A stretch of DNA of 64,000 nucleotides, from contig JAIXVE010000058.1 in the NCBI GenBank assembly GCA_027483175.1, forward strand, positions 7,710 to 71,709, in the 5' to 3' direction. Below, one piece after another: positions 51,035 through 59,381 of this stretch. This DNA comes from Verrucomicrobiaceae bacterium. GTDB taxonomy: Bacteria > Verrucomicrobiota > Verrucomicrobiia > Verrucomicrobiales > V1-33. Both the position numbers and the translations under genes were made by a program. Positions within the stretch are counted from its first letter, which is position 1. Each line of letters begins with the position of its first letter. Below the pieces are notes generated by a model. That model was not told where the DNA came from and did no database searches. It was given only the letters and a program-made list of their open reading frames with translations.

Positions 51035-52168
51035 ATGAAGAACATGACCTTTGTTGCGCTGATGACGACGATTGCGGTGGCGGGAGCTGCGGAGCATCGG
51101 ATTTATGTGGGGACGTACACGGCGAAGGGGAGCAAGACGGAGGGGGTGGGGTTGCTGACGTTTGATGATGTGAGTGGGGTGTTGAAGTCGGGGGGGACGG
51201 CGGCGGTGTCGGACAATCCATCGTTTGTGGCGGTGAGTTCGGATGGGAAGTTTGTGTATGCGGTGAACGAGGGGCCGTCGGCGGCGACGGCGTTTGCGGT
51301 GGATGGGGCGACTGGGAAGCTGAAGCAGTTGAGTCAGGTGCCGGTGGGGGAGAAGGGGGCGCAGGGGCCGTGTCATTTGTGTCTGGTGGAGGCGGAGGGG
51401 ATCCTGGTGACGGCGAATTACGGTGGTGGGAGTGTGTCGACGTTTGCGGTGGGGGAGGATGGGGGATTGGAGTCGCGCACTGGGTTTATCCAGCATGTGG
51501 GGGGTGGGCCGGACAAAGGGCGGCAGGAGTCGCCGCATGCGCACGGGGCGGTGCTATCGCCTGATGGGAAGCATGTGCTGGTGAACGATCTGGGGACGGA
51601 CCGGGTGTATATTTATGCGGTGGATTCGTTTGGGAGGAAGCTGGCGGAGAAGCCGATTGGCGAGGGCGTGATCAATCCCGGGGCGGGGCCGCGTCACGGG
51701 GTGTTTTCGCCGGACGGGAAGGTGTTTTACTGTTTGAATGAGATGGCGTGCACGGTGACGCCGATGGCGTGGGATGGGGAGGCGAAGACCCTGACGGCGG
51801 GGAAGCCGGTGCGGACGCTGGAGGGCGAGCATCAAGGGAATTCGACGGCGGAGATTGCGGTGCATCCGGGTGGGAAGTGGGTGTTTGCGTCGAATCGCGG
51901 GCATGACAGCATTGCGGTGTTTGCGGCGGAGGGAGGGGCGGTGACGTTGAAGGGGACGGTGCCTTGCGGTGGGAAGGTGCCGCGGAGTTTCACGCTGTCG
52001 CCGGATGGGAAGTGGCTGCTGGCGGCGCATCAGGAGTCGAACAGCGTGCAGGTGTTTTCGTTTGATGCGGCGAGTGGGGAGTTGAAGGCGAAGGGTGGGC
52101 CGGTGAAGACGACTTGCGGGAAGCCGGTGAGCCTTGTGTTTGCGCCGAGGGCGGGAAGTGAGAAGTGA
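51035..52168 (+). CDS. lactonase-family 7-bladed beta-propeller protein (6-phosphogluconolactonase-like)
   Basis: The start is at ATG 51035 (MKNMTFVALMTTIAVAGA signal). Supporting segments are RIYVGTYT, NPSFVAVSSDGKFVYAVNE, ANYGGGSVS, HAHGAVLSPDGKHVLVNDLGTDRV and ASNRGHDSIAVF. The stop lies inside a GTGAGAA array. Confidence 0.8.
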   Translation: MKNMTFVALMTTIAVAGAAEHRIYVGTYTAKGSKTEGVGLLTFDDVSGVLKSGGTAAVSDNPSFVAVSSDGKFVYAVNEGPSAATAFAVDGATGKLKQLSQVPVGEKGAQGPCHLCLVEAEGILVTANYGGGSVSTFAVGEDGGLESRTGFIQHVGGGPDKGRQESPHAHGAVLSPDGKHVLVNDLGTDRVYIYAVDSFGRKLAEKPIGEGVINPGAGPRHGVFSPDGKVFYCLNEMACTVTPMAWDGEAKTLTAGKPVRTLEGEHQGNSTAEIAVHPGGKWVFASNRGHDSIAVFAAEGGAVTLKGTVPCGGKVPRSFTLSPDGKWLLAAHQESNSVQVFSFDAASGELKAKGGPVKTTCGKPVSLVFAPRAGSEK

Positions 52169-52199
52169 GAAGTGAGAAGTGAGAAGTGAGAAGTGGGAA
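52158..52199 (+). repeat. heptamer array (GTGAGAA x5 + GTGGGAA)
   Basis: Six tandem 7-mers, the longest array in the window. It contains the stop codon 52166-52168. Confidence 0.95.
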
Positions 52200-52250
52200 G
52201 GAGGTGGAGGCAGGAGGCAGGACGTGGAGAGGCGAGAGAACGGGATTGAA

Positions 52251-52267
52251 TTGTACGCGATGCTACA
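52251..52267. promoter_or_regulatory. candidate operator TTGTA-N7-CTACA upstream of the metal-transporter binding-protein gene
   Basis: TTGTACGCGATGCTACA lies 10 nt upstream of the first ATG. The same TTGTA-N7-CTACA pattern recurs at 59320-59336, upstream of the permease-repressor fusion gene. Confidence 0.3.
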
Positions 52268-52276
52268 TTACGGAGC

Positions 52277-53224
52277 ATGATGTTCACCCGCCGAGAGATG
52301 ATGAAGCTTGCTGCTGGTGGTGTGGCGTTGGTTGGCGTGGGGTGTGGGGATGGGGGTGGAGGTGGGCGATGGGGTGAGAGCGGGTTGCCGCTGGTGGCGG
52401 CGACGACGACGATGGTGGCGGACCTGGCGAGATCGTTAGGCGTGGGGATGGTGGAGGTGGCGGCGCTGATGGGGCCGGAGGTGGATCCGCATTTATTCAA
52501 GCCTGGGCAGCGGGACGTGCAGTTGCTGAGGGGAGCGGAGGTGGTGATGTATGGAGGGTTGCATCTGGAGGGGAGGATGGCGGAGATGCTGGAGCGGATG
52601 GAGCGGCATGGGGGGCGGGTGTTTGCGGTGTCGGCTGGGTTGCGGGAGGGGAGTGTGATTGAGGCGGATGGGGCGCATGATCCGCACATCTGGGGTGATG
52701 CGTCGATGTGGGCGGATGCGGCGGCGTATGCGGTGGAGCGGTTGGCGGGGTATTTTCCGGCGAGGGCGGAGGAAGTGCGGGGGCGCGGGGAGGGAGTGGT
52801 GGCGTCGCTGCGGGCGGTGCATGAGCGGTTGAAGGCGAGGGCGGAGGAAGTGCCGGAGGGACGGCGTGTGCTGGTGACGAGTCATGATGCGTTCCGGTAT
52901 TTCGGACGGGCGTATGGATTTGAGGTGCTGTCGGTGCAGGGGATTGCGACGGTGAGCGAGGCGGCGCTGGCGGACATGGCGCGGATTTCCGGGGTGATTC
53001 GGTCGCGCGGGATCAAGGCGGTGTTTGTGGAGAGCAGCGTGTCGCCGGCGACGATCAAGCGGATCAGTGAGGAGACTGGGGCGGTGCTGGGCGGGGAGTT
53101 GTGTTCGGATGCGCTGGGAGCGCCCGGGGAGATGGTGGATGCGGGCGGGCGGCTGGTGGACAAGGGGACGGTGGGCGGGATGCTGGAGTACAACATGGAC
53201 ACGATTGTCCGGGCTTTACGTTAG
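52277..53224 (+). CDS. metal (Mn/Zn/Fe) ABC transporter substrate-binding lipoprotein, ZnuA/TroA/YtgA family
   Basis: 315 aa with lipobox ALVGVGC|G. Metal-ligand contexts are VDPHLFKP, HDPHIWGD and VTSHDAFRYFGRAYG. IKAVFVESSVSP is also present. Confidence 0.88.
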   Translation: MMFTRREMMKLAAGGVALVGVGCGDGGGGGRWGESGLPLVAATTTMVADLARSLGVGMVEVAALMGPEVDPHLFKPGQRDVQLLRGAEVVMYGGLHLEGRMAEMLERMERHGGRVFAVSAGLREGSVIEADGAHDPHIWGDASMWADAAAYAVERLAGYFPARAEEVRGRGEGVVASLRAVHERLKARAEEVPEGRRVLVTSHDAFRYFGRAYGFEVLSVQGIATVSEAALADMARISGVIRSRGIKAVFVESSVSPATIKRISEETGAVLGGELCSDALGAPGEMVDAGGRLVDKGTVGGMLEYNMDTIVRALR

Positions 53225-53229
53225 CGATT

Positions 53230-54021
53230 ATGGAAACGAATTCAGAGATGGAGCCGCCGGCATTCGAGTGTCATGATCTGTCGGTGTCGTATGACAGGAA
53301 GCCGGTGCTTTACGGGATTGATGTGAGGGTGCCGGGCGGGAGCCTGTGCGGGATTGTGGGGCCGAACGGGGCTGGGAAGTCGACCCTGATCAAGGCGGCG
53401 ATGGGATTGCTGCCGGTGGAGGGCGGGTGGGCGCGGATGTTCGGGCGGCCGCTGGATGAAGTGAGAGGGCGGGTGGCGTATGTGCCGCAGCGGACGACGG
53501 TGGACTGGGATTTTCCGGTGAATGTGATGGATGTGGTGCTGATGGGGTGTGGTGGGAAGGCTGGGTTGTGGCGGAGACCGACGGCGGCGGATCGGGAGCT
53601 GGCGCGGGAGAGCCTGGAGATGGTGCAGATGCTGCCGTATGCGGACCGGCAGATTTCGCAGTTGTCAGGCGGGCAGCAGCAGCGCGTGTTTCTGGCGCGG
53701 GCGCTGGCGCAGCAGGCGGATCTTTATTTCATGGATGAGCCGTTTACGGGGGTAGATGCGGCGACGGAGCGGGCGATTGTGACCCTGTTAGAGGGATTGC
53801 GGGCGAAGGGCGGGACGATTGTGGCGGTGCACCATGATCTGACGACAGCGCCGGAGTATTTTGACCGGGTGATTCTGCTGAATATGAGATTGGTAGCGGC
53901 TGGGCCGGTGGAGGAAGTGTTTACGGCGGAGTTGCTGCAGAAGACTTATGGCGGGCGATTGACGGTGCTGAGCGAGCTGGCGTTGCGGGCGCAGGCGGCG
54001 CGGGCGCGGCGGACCGTCTGA
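53230..54021 (+). CDS. metal ABC transporter ATP-binding protein (ZnuC/TroB/YtgB-like)
   Basis: The start is at ATG 53230 (METNSEM). Motifs are Walker A GPNGAGKST, signature LSGGQQQRV, Walker B LYFMDEP and the H-loop VHHD. Confidence 0.9.
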   Translation: METNSEMEPPAFECHDLSVSYDRKPVLYGIDVRVPGGSLCGIVGPNGAGKSTLIKAAMGLLPVEGGWARMFGRPLDEVRGRVAYVPQRTTVDWDFPVNVMDVVLMGCGGKAGLWRRPTAADRELARESLEMVQMLPYADRQISQLSGGQQQRVFLARALAQQADLYFMDEPFTGVDAATERAIVTLLEGLRAKGGTIVAVHHDLTTAPEYFDRVILLNMRLVAAGPVEEVFTAELLQKTYGGRLTVLSELALRAQAARARRTV

Positions 54022-54518
54022 TGGGGATTGTTAGAAACGGAGATCCGGGAAGCCGCGTGCGGCGAGGGCGGCGTTGAGACGGGCGGCGGCGTCGGAGCCG
54101 GGAGGGGAGGGGCGGGGAGATCGGTGGAATCGGCTAGATAGGCGGCGGCGGCGGTGAGGTCGCGCCATGGGTCGGCGAGATCGTCGGGGAGGTCTGGGGG
54201 GAGAGCTTCCTTCATGAGCCGGGCGAGATTGAGGAAGTGGTCGCGGCGGGCGTCTGGTTGAGACGGGATGGGAGGTGGGTTGGCGAATTGGGAGCGGAGA
54301 TTGGTGACGAAGGAGAGGACGGCGCGCTGGGAGCGGTGGGTGGATTCTAGGAGAGCGGCTTCCTTGCGCTTGTTGCGGGAGGCGCGGTCTTCGTTAGAGG
54401 ATTTGGAGTGGTGGGAGCACTTCTGGAGGAAGCTTGAGGCGGCGGGGAGGGCAAGGGCGACGACGACATAGAGGGTAAAGAGATCGGAGGGGCGGAAGGA
54501 AGCGAGGAGCCGTTTCAC
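53946..54518 (-). CDS. hypothetical small membrane protein possibly coupled to the DUF1501 gene (weak call)
   Basis: The GTG at 54518 overlaps the DUF1501 stop (GTGA). It encodes VKRLLASFRPSDLFTLYVVVALALPAASSFL (one TM helix), then a charged and Pro-rich region. It would overlap the convergent ABC ATPase 3-prime end by about 75 nt. Confidence 0.3.
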   Translation of the reverse strand: MKRLLASFRPSDLFTLYVVVALALPAASSFLQKCSHHSKSSNEDRASRNKRKEAALLESTHRSQRAVLSFVTNLRSQFANPPPIPSQPDARRDHFLNLARLMKEALPPDLPDDLADPWRDLTAAAAYLADSTDLPAPPLPAPTPPPVSTPPSPHAASRISVSNNPHQTVRRARAACARNASSLSTVNRPP

Positions 54519-55933
54519 AGGAGGGCTGGGGAGATGAGATTGCCGGCGACGTCGGTGAGGCGGAAGTCGCGTCCCTGGAATGGGAACGTGAATTGCTCGT
54601 GATGGATGCCCATGAGGTGCATGAGAGTGGCGTGGAGATCGTTGACCGTGGTGCGGCCGTCGACCACGTCGAAGCCGAAGTCGTCGGTGGCTCCGATGGT
54701 GCCCGGGCGGATGCCGGCACCGGCGAGCCAGCAGGTGAAGGCATTGCGGTGGTGTTCGCGGCCGAAGCGGTCGAGGTTTTTGGCGCCGCCCTGGGCGTAG
54801 GGTGTGCGGCCGAATTCGGTGAGGAAGAGGACGAGCGTGTCGTCGAGGAGACCGCGGAGATTGAGATCGTCGAGGAGGGCGGCGATGGGTTGATCGATTT
54901 CCGAGGCGCAGGAGGCGAAGCCTTTTTCGAGTTCGCCGTGCTGATCCCAGCCTGGGTGGAAGAGTTGGACGAAGCGGACCCCGTGTTCGCAGAGACGGCG
55001 GGCGAGGAGACAATTGGCGGCGAAGGAGCCCTGGTTGCGGGAGTCTGGGCCGTAGAGGTCGAGGGTTTTGGGATCTTCCGAGGAGAGGTTGGTTAGGGCC
55101 GGGACGGCGCGCTGCATGCGGAAGGCGAGCTCGTGCTGTTCGAGGCGGGCGGCGGTGGCGGGGTCGCCGCGGAGGGCGAGTTCGTCGAGTTGGACGGAGC
55201 GGAGGGCGTCGAGCGAGCGGCGCTGGAGTTCTGGGGGGAGCCCGTCTGGGTTGCGGAGGTAGAGGACTGGTTCGCGGCCGGCGCGGAAGGGGATGCCCTG
55301 GTGGTGGGCTGGGAGGAAGCCGCAGTCCCAGAGACGAGAGGAGAGCGGCTGGTCGGCGGTTTTGCGGGTGACCATGACGACGAAGGCGGGGAGGTCGTGA
55401 TTCTCCGAGCCGAGACCGTAGCTAAGCCATGAGCCCATGACGGGCCTGCCGGGGAGCTGGTTGCCGCTATTCATGAAGATGATAGCGGGGTCGTGATTGA
55501 CGGCGTCGGAGACCATGCCTTTGAGGAAGCAGAGCCGGTCGGCGTGTCTGGCGAGGGCTGGGAAGCGGTCGCTGATCCATGCGCCGGATTGGCCGTGCTG
55601 CTGGAAGGGGAAAGGGGAGGGCTGGACGGGGAAGGCGGACTGGAGGCGGGACATCCCGAGGGGCGTGCGGCCTTTGAAGATGGAGTCGGGGATGGGTTGG
55701 CTGCGGTGTTTGAGGAGGGTGGGTTTGTGGTCGAAGGATTCGAGCTGGGAGAAGCCGCCGCTCATGAAGAGACAGATGACCCGTTTGGCGCGCGGGGGGA
55801 AGTGAGGGAGGGCGGGGGGTGAGGGGATGCCTTTGGCGAGGGATGCGAGGGCGAGGGAAGCGAGCGTGCCGCTGGTGGAGCGGAGCCATGAGCGGCGGAG
55901 CATGGAAGAGTGAGGGGAGATGGCCGGGGTCAT
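54515..55933 (-). CDS. DUF1501 (sulfatase-fold) protein with Tat signal
   Basis: 472 aa. The Tat-like signal is MLRRSWLRSTSGTLASLALASLA. Supporting segments are CLFMSGGFSQLESFDHKP and TEFGRTPY...GREHH, typical of DUF1501 partners of DUF1549/DUF1553 proteins. Confidence 0.88.
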   Translation of the reverse strand: MTPAISPHSSMLRRSWLRSTSGTLASLALASLAKGIPSPPALPHFPPRAKRVICLFMSGGFSQLESFDHKPTLLKHRSQPIPDSIFKGRTPLGMSRLQSAFPVQPSPFPFQQHGQSGAWISDRFPALARHADRLCFLKGMVSDAVNHDPAIIFMNSGNQLPGRPVMGSWLSYGLGSENHDLPAFVVMVTRKTADQPLSSRLWDCGFLPAHHQGIPFRAGREPVLYLRNPDGLPPELQRRSLDALRSVQLDELALRGDPATAARLEQHELAFRMQRAVPALTNLSSEDPKTLDLYGPDSRNQGSFAANCLLARRLCEHGVRFVQLFHPGWDQHGELEKGFASCASEIDQPIAALLDDLNLRGLLDDTLVLFLTEFGRTPYAQGGAKNLDRFGREHHRNAFTCWLAGAGIRPGTIGATDDFGFDVVDGRTTVNDLHATLMHLMGIHHEQFTFPFQGRDFRLTDVAGNLISPALL

Positions 55934-55941
55934 GGGAAGAG

Positions 55942-58900
55942 TCAGGGGGAGACGAGGAAGGCGTCGCTATTGAGGATGGCACGGATGGTGACGACGGCGG
56001 CGGCGACGGAAGGAGGGTCGAGGTTAGGGGTGTGGGGGGCGGTGCCGGTGGATTTGAGGAGAGCGGCGGCCTGATCCGGGTGGGCTTGGTAGTGGAGGAG
56101 AGAGTCGGAGAAGAGCGAGGCGAGGGCGGATTGCTGAGTGGGCGAAGGATTGCCAGAGGTGAGGCGATGCCATGCGGTGGCGGCGAGGGCGGAGGCGTCG
56201 GGCGGGGAGGGAGAGGCGGCGAGGAGTTTTTCAGCGAGGACTCGGGCGGCTTCGAGGATGCCGGTATCGTTCTGGAAGGCGAGGGACTGGAGAGGAGTGA
56301 GGGTGGAGTCGCGGCGGACCTTGCAGAATTCGCGGGTGGGGGCGTCGAAGACTGAGAGGAGAGGAGGCGGGCAGGTGCGGCGCCAGAACGTGTAGAGACT
56401 GCGGCGGTGAAGACTTGGGCCGGAATCCGGCGTGTAGGAGTGCTGCGTGCCGCTTTCTTCCCAGAGCCCTTCGGGTTGCCATGGTTTGACGCTAGGGCCG
56501 CCGATGGTGGGGACGAGGAGACCGGAGGCGGCGAGGGCGGCGTCGCGGAGTTGTTCGGCGGGGAGACGGAAGCGCGGGCCGCGGGCGAGGAATTGGTTAG
56601 ATGGGTCGCGGGCGAGGGAATCGGGGGAGATGGCGGAGCTGCGGGCGAAAGTCTGGGAGAGGGCGATTTCGCGGCAGAGTGCTTTGACGTTCCAGCCGGA
56701 CTGGACGAAGTGGACGGCGAGCCAGTCGAGGAGTTCGGGGAGTGCTGGGGGTTGGCCCTGGAGACCGAAGTCTTCCGGGGTGGGGACGAGGCCTGAGCCG
56801 AAGAAGGCGGACCAGATGCGATTGACGGCGACGCGGGCGGTGAGTGGGTGGTCCGGGTGGGTGAGCCATTGGGCGAGACCGAGCCGGTTGGGAGCGGAGT
56901 TGTCAGGGAGCGGGAGGAGGACGGACGGGACCCCGGGTTGGACGGGATCGCCGGGCTGGCGGAAGTCGCCGCGGTTGAGGATGGGCGTGGGGCGGCGCGG
57001 GCCTTTGGGTTCGCGCATGACCATGACCTCGGTGAGCGGGATGGTGAAGTCGTTTTCGGCGCGTCTGGCATCGGCTAGTTTTGTGAGGGCGGCGCGGTAG
57101 TCGGGGTCGATTTCGCGGAGGAACCAGTCGAACCATGCGGGATCTTCGGGTTGGGTGCCTGCGAGGAGGGCCATTTCCGCGGTGGAGAGGGCGGCGGGGT
57201 AGAAGCGGAGTTCGTCGATGGCTCCGGAGCGGAGACTGGCGTCGAGCGTGCGGGAGCCTAGTGTCAGGGTGACTGGGTCTGCGTAGTCGGCGTCGGCGAC
57301 GCGCATGGAGTCGAGATCGCCCCATGCTTCGAGGTAGGTGATGTCGCGGGTGAGGTGGTCGCGGATGATGGTGACGGGTTGGGGGATGCCGTCGAGGAAG
57401 AGGGACATGCCTGCGGCGCGGGAGGAGCCGTCGTAGGAGAAGCCGATGTGGTGCCAGTTGGAGAGGTCGGGGGAGTCTTTGAGTTGGATGCGGATGGCGT
57501 TGCCTGGGTAGAAGTGGGCGAGGGTGGCGGTGAGTTTACCGTTTTCGAAGGTGATTTCGTAGCCACGGTTGGCGGCGTCGAGGCCTGCGCGGGAGTGGTG
57601 GAGGAGGACCCCGCGGTCTGGGGGTGAGGGCATTTTGAGCCAGAAGGAGAGGGAGAACGGCTGGGAGCGGGTGACGCTGCCGGTGGCTGGGAGCGTGATT
57701 TTTCTGGGGAACGTGGCGCACCAGCCGAAGCGGCCCTCGCGGTTGGCGGCTCCGTTGATGGTGGTTTCGGTGAGGACATCGGGGCGGGAGTCGGCGATGA
57801 GACGGCGGTCGCGCGGGTCGAGGAAATCGAAGGAGAGGTGCGTGGAGGGAGCGGGGAGAGAGTGAGGGCGGCGCGCGGAGGGGGAGGTTAGGGCGTTCCA
57901 GAGACCTTCAGGGGAACCGGGAGGAGAATTGGCGGCGAGCCATGAGGTGAAGCGCGGTTGGGCGGCGGCGCGGGTGGCGGCGAGGTGTTTTTCAGCGGCG
58001 GTGATGGCGGCGAGGAGGGACGCGTGGGTTTCCTGCTGCTGGTCTTTGTAGGCGAAGGTGGAAGGCGAGGGGATGCCGTTGGAGTAGCGGGCGAAGAGCC
58101 CGAGTTCGTCGATGTTATTGAGGTAGGCGGCGAACTGATAGTAATCCCTTGTGGAGAAAGGGTCGTATTTGTGGTCGTGGCAGCGGGCGCATTCGAAGGT
58201 GAGGCCCATGAAGGCGGAGGAAGTGGTGTGGACGCGGTCGAAGACCTGGTCCCAGCGGTATTCGTCGGGGTCGCTGCCGGATTCGTTGGACTGGACGGGG
58301 AGACGCTGGAAGGCGGTGGCGAGGATCTGGTCGGTGGATGCGTCAGGGAGGAGATCGCCGGCGACTTGCCATGTGATGAACTGGTGGTAGGGGAGATTGT
58401 TATTGAAGGCGCGGATGACCCAGTCGCGCCATGGCCAGACGGTGGAGTCGGCGTCTTCGTGGCGGCCGTAGGTATCGGCGAAGCGGGCGGCGTCGAGCCA
58501 GTCGGTGGCCATGCGTTCGCCGAAGGCAGGGGAATTGAGGAGTTGGTCGACGAAGGCGCTGCGGGCGGCTGGGGAGGGATTGGCGATGAAGGCGGCGGCG
58601 GCGGCGGGTTCGGGCGGGAGGCCTGTCAGGGCGAAGGACGTGCGGCGGAGCCAGTCGGAGGGAGAGGCGGGCGGGGCGAGGGGGAGGTTGCGGGTGGTGG
58701 CGGCGGCGCGGATGAGAGAGTCGATGGGGTGTTCGTCTTTGAGAGGAGCTGGGAGGGGCGGTGATTGCGGGGGGATGAAGGCCCAGTGTTTTTCGTAGGG
58801 AGCGCCTTGGGAGATCCAGCGTTCGAGGAGGGAGATGTCGTCGGGGGAGAGGGCGGCGTGTTTTTCTGGTGGGGGCATGACCTCATCGGGGTCCGAGTGG

Positions 58901-59148
58901 CGGATGCGCTGGATGAGGTGGCTGGCGGAAGGGTTGCCGGGGACGATGGCGGAGGCGGCGATGGCGTTGTCGCGGAGATCGAGGCGGAGGTCGGCCTTGC
59001 GGGCGTTGGAGTCGCTGCCGTGGCAGGCGAAGCATTTGGAGGAGAGGAGCGGGCGGATGGCGAAGTTGTAGGAGACGGGGGGGGCGGGTTCCGACCGTGC
59101 GGCGGCGGCGAGGAGGAGGGAGGAGAGGACGAACGGGAGGCGAGGCAC
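55942..59148 (-). CDS. PSCyt1 (CxxCH) / DUF1549 / LamG-like insert / DUF1553 protein
   Basis: 1068 aa with a signal peptide. Supporting segments are CFACHGSDSNARKADLRLDL (planctomycete cytochrome-c motif), the DUF1549 region (DWLRRTSFALTGLPP), CARCHDHKYDPFSTRDYY and the DUF1553 C-terminus (REFCKVRRDSTLTPLQSLAFQN). A central segment of about 200 aa resembles a concanavalin/LamG fold (WHHIGFSYDGSSRAAGMSLFLDG). Confidence 0.88.
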   Translation of the reverse strand: MPRLPFVLSSLLLAAAARSEPAPPVSYNFAIRPLLSSKCFACHGSDSNARKADLRLDLRDNAIAASAIVPGNPSASHLIQRIRHSDPDEVMPPPEKHAALSPDDISLLERWISQGAPYEKHWAFIPPQSPPLPAPLKDEHPIDSLIRAAATTRNLPLAPPASPSDWLRRTSFALTGLPPEPAAAAAFIANPSPAARSAFVDQLLNSPAFGERMATDWLDAARFADTYGRHEDADSTVWPWRDWVIRAFNNNLPYHQFITWQVAGDLLPDASTDQILATAFQRLPVQSNESGSDPDEYRWDQVFDRVHTTSSAFMGLTFECARCHDHKYDPFSTRDYYQFAAYLNNIDELGLFARYSNGIPSPSTFAYKDQQQETHASLLAAITAAEKHLAATRAAAQPRFTSWLAANSPPGSPEGLWNALTSPSARRPHSLPAPSTHLSFDFLDPRDRRLIADSRPDVLTETTINGAANREGRFGWCATFPRKITLPATGSVTRSQPFSLSFWLKMPSPPDRGVLLHHSRAGLDAANRGYEITFENGKLTATLAHFYPGNAIRIQLKDSPDLSNWHHIGFSYDGSSRAAGMSLFLDGIPQPVTIIRDHLTRDITYLEAWGDLDSMRVADADYADPVTLTLGSRTLDASLRSGAIDELRFYPAALSTAEMALLAGTQPEDPAWFDWFLREIDPDYRAALTKLADARRAENDFTIPLTEVMVMREPKGPRRPTPILNRGDFRQPGDPVQPGVPSVLLPLPDNSAPNRLGLAQWLTHPDHPLTARVAVNRIWSAFFGSGLVPTPEDFGLQGQPPALPELLDWLAVHFVQSGWNVKALCREIALSQTFARSSAISPDSLARDPSNQFLARGPRFRLPAEQLRDAALAASGLLVPTIGGPSVKPWQPEGLWEESGTQHSYTPDSGPSLHRRSLYTFWRRTCPPPLLSVFDAPTREFCKVRRDSTLTPLQSLAFQNDTGILEAARVLAEKLLAASPSPPDASALAATAWHRLTSGNPSPTQQSALASLFSDSLLHYQAHPDQAAALLKSTGTAPHTPNLDPPSVAAAVVTIRAILNSDAFLVSP

Positions 59149-59319
59149 GGCGCGTCGAATGGTGGAGACTGTTGGTTTTGAGGATGAAACTAATGGTGAG
59201 ACGATGCAAATGGCAAGACTAGCGGTGGGTTGCGTGGGAGTGGTGGTGGGGTGTGGGGTTGGGATTTGAGGGTGGCGGGGGGAAAGCGGGCTTGCGCTGG
59301 GCGTGGGTTGTGCTTAAAT

Positions 59320-59336
59320 TTGTAGCCTTGACTACA
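59320..59336. promoter_or_regulatory. candidate operator TTGTA-N7-CTACA upstream of the permease-repressor fusion gene
   Basis: TTGTAGCCTTGACTACA contains the inverted repeat TGTAG..CTACA. It lies 46 nt upstream of ATG 59382 and matches the pattern at 52251-52267. Confidence 0.3.
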
Positions 59337-59381
59337 GGGCGACGACAACTGGAAAAGCTGAGGTGGCGAGGGCTGCCGGGG

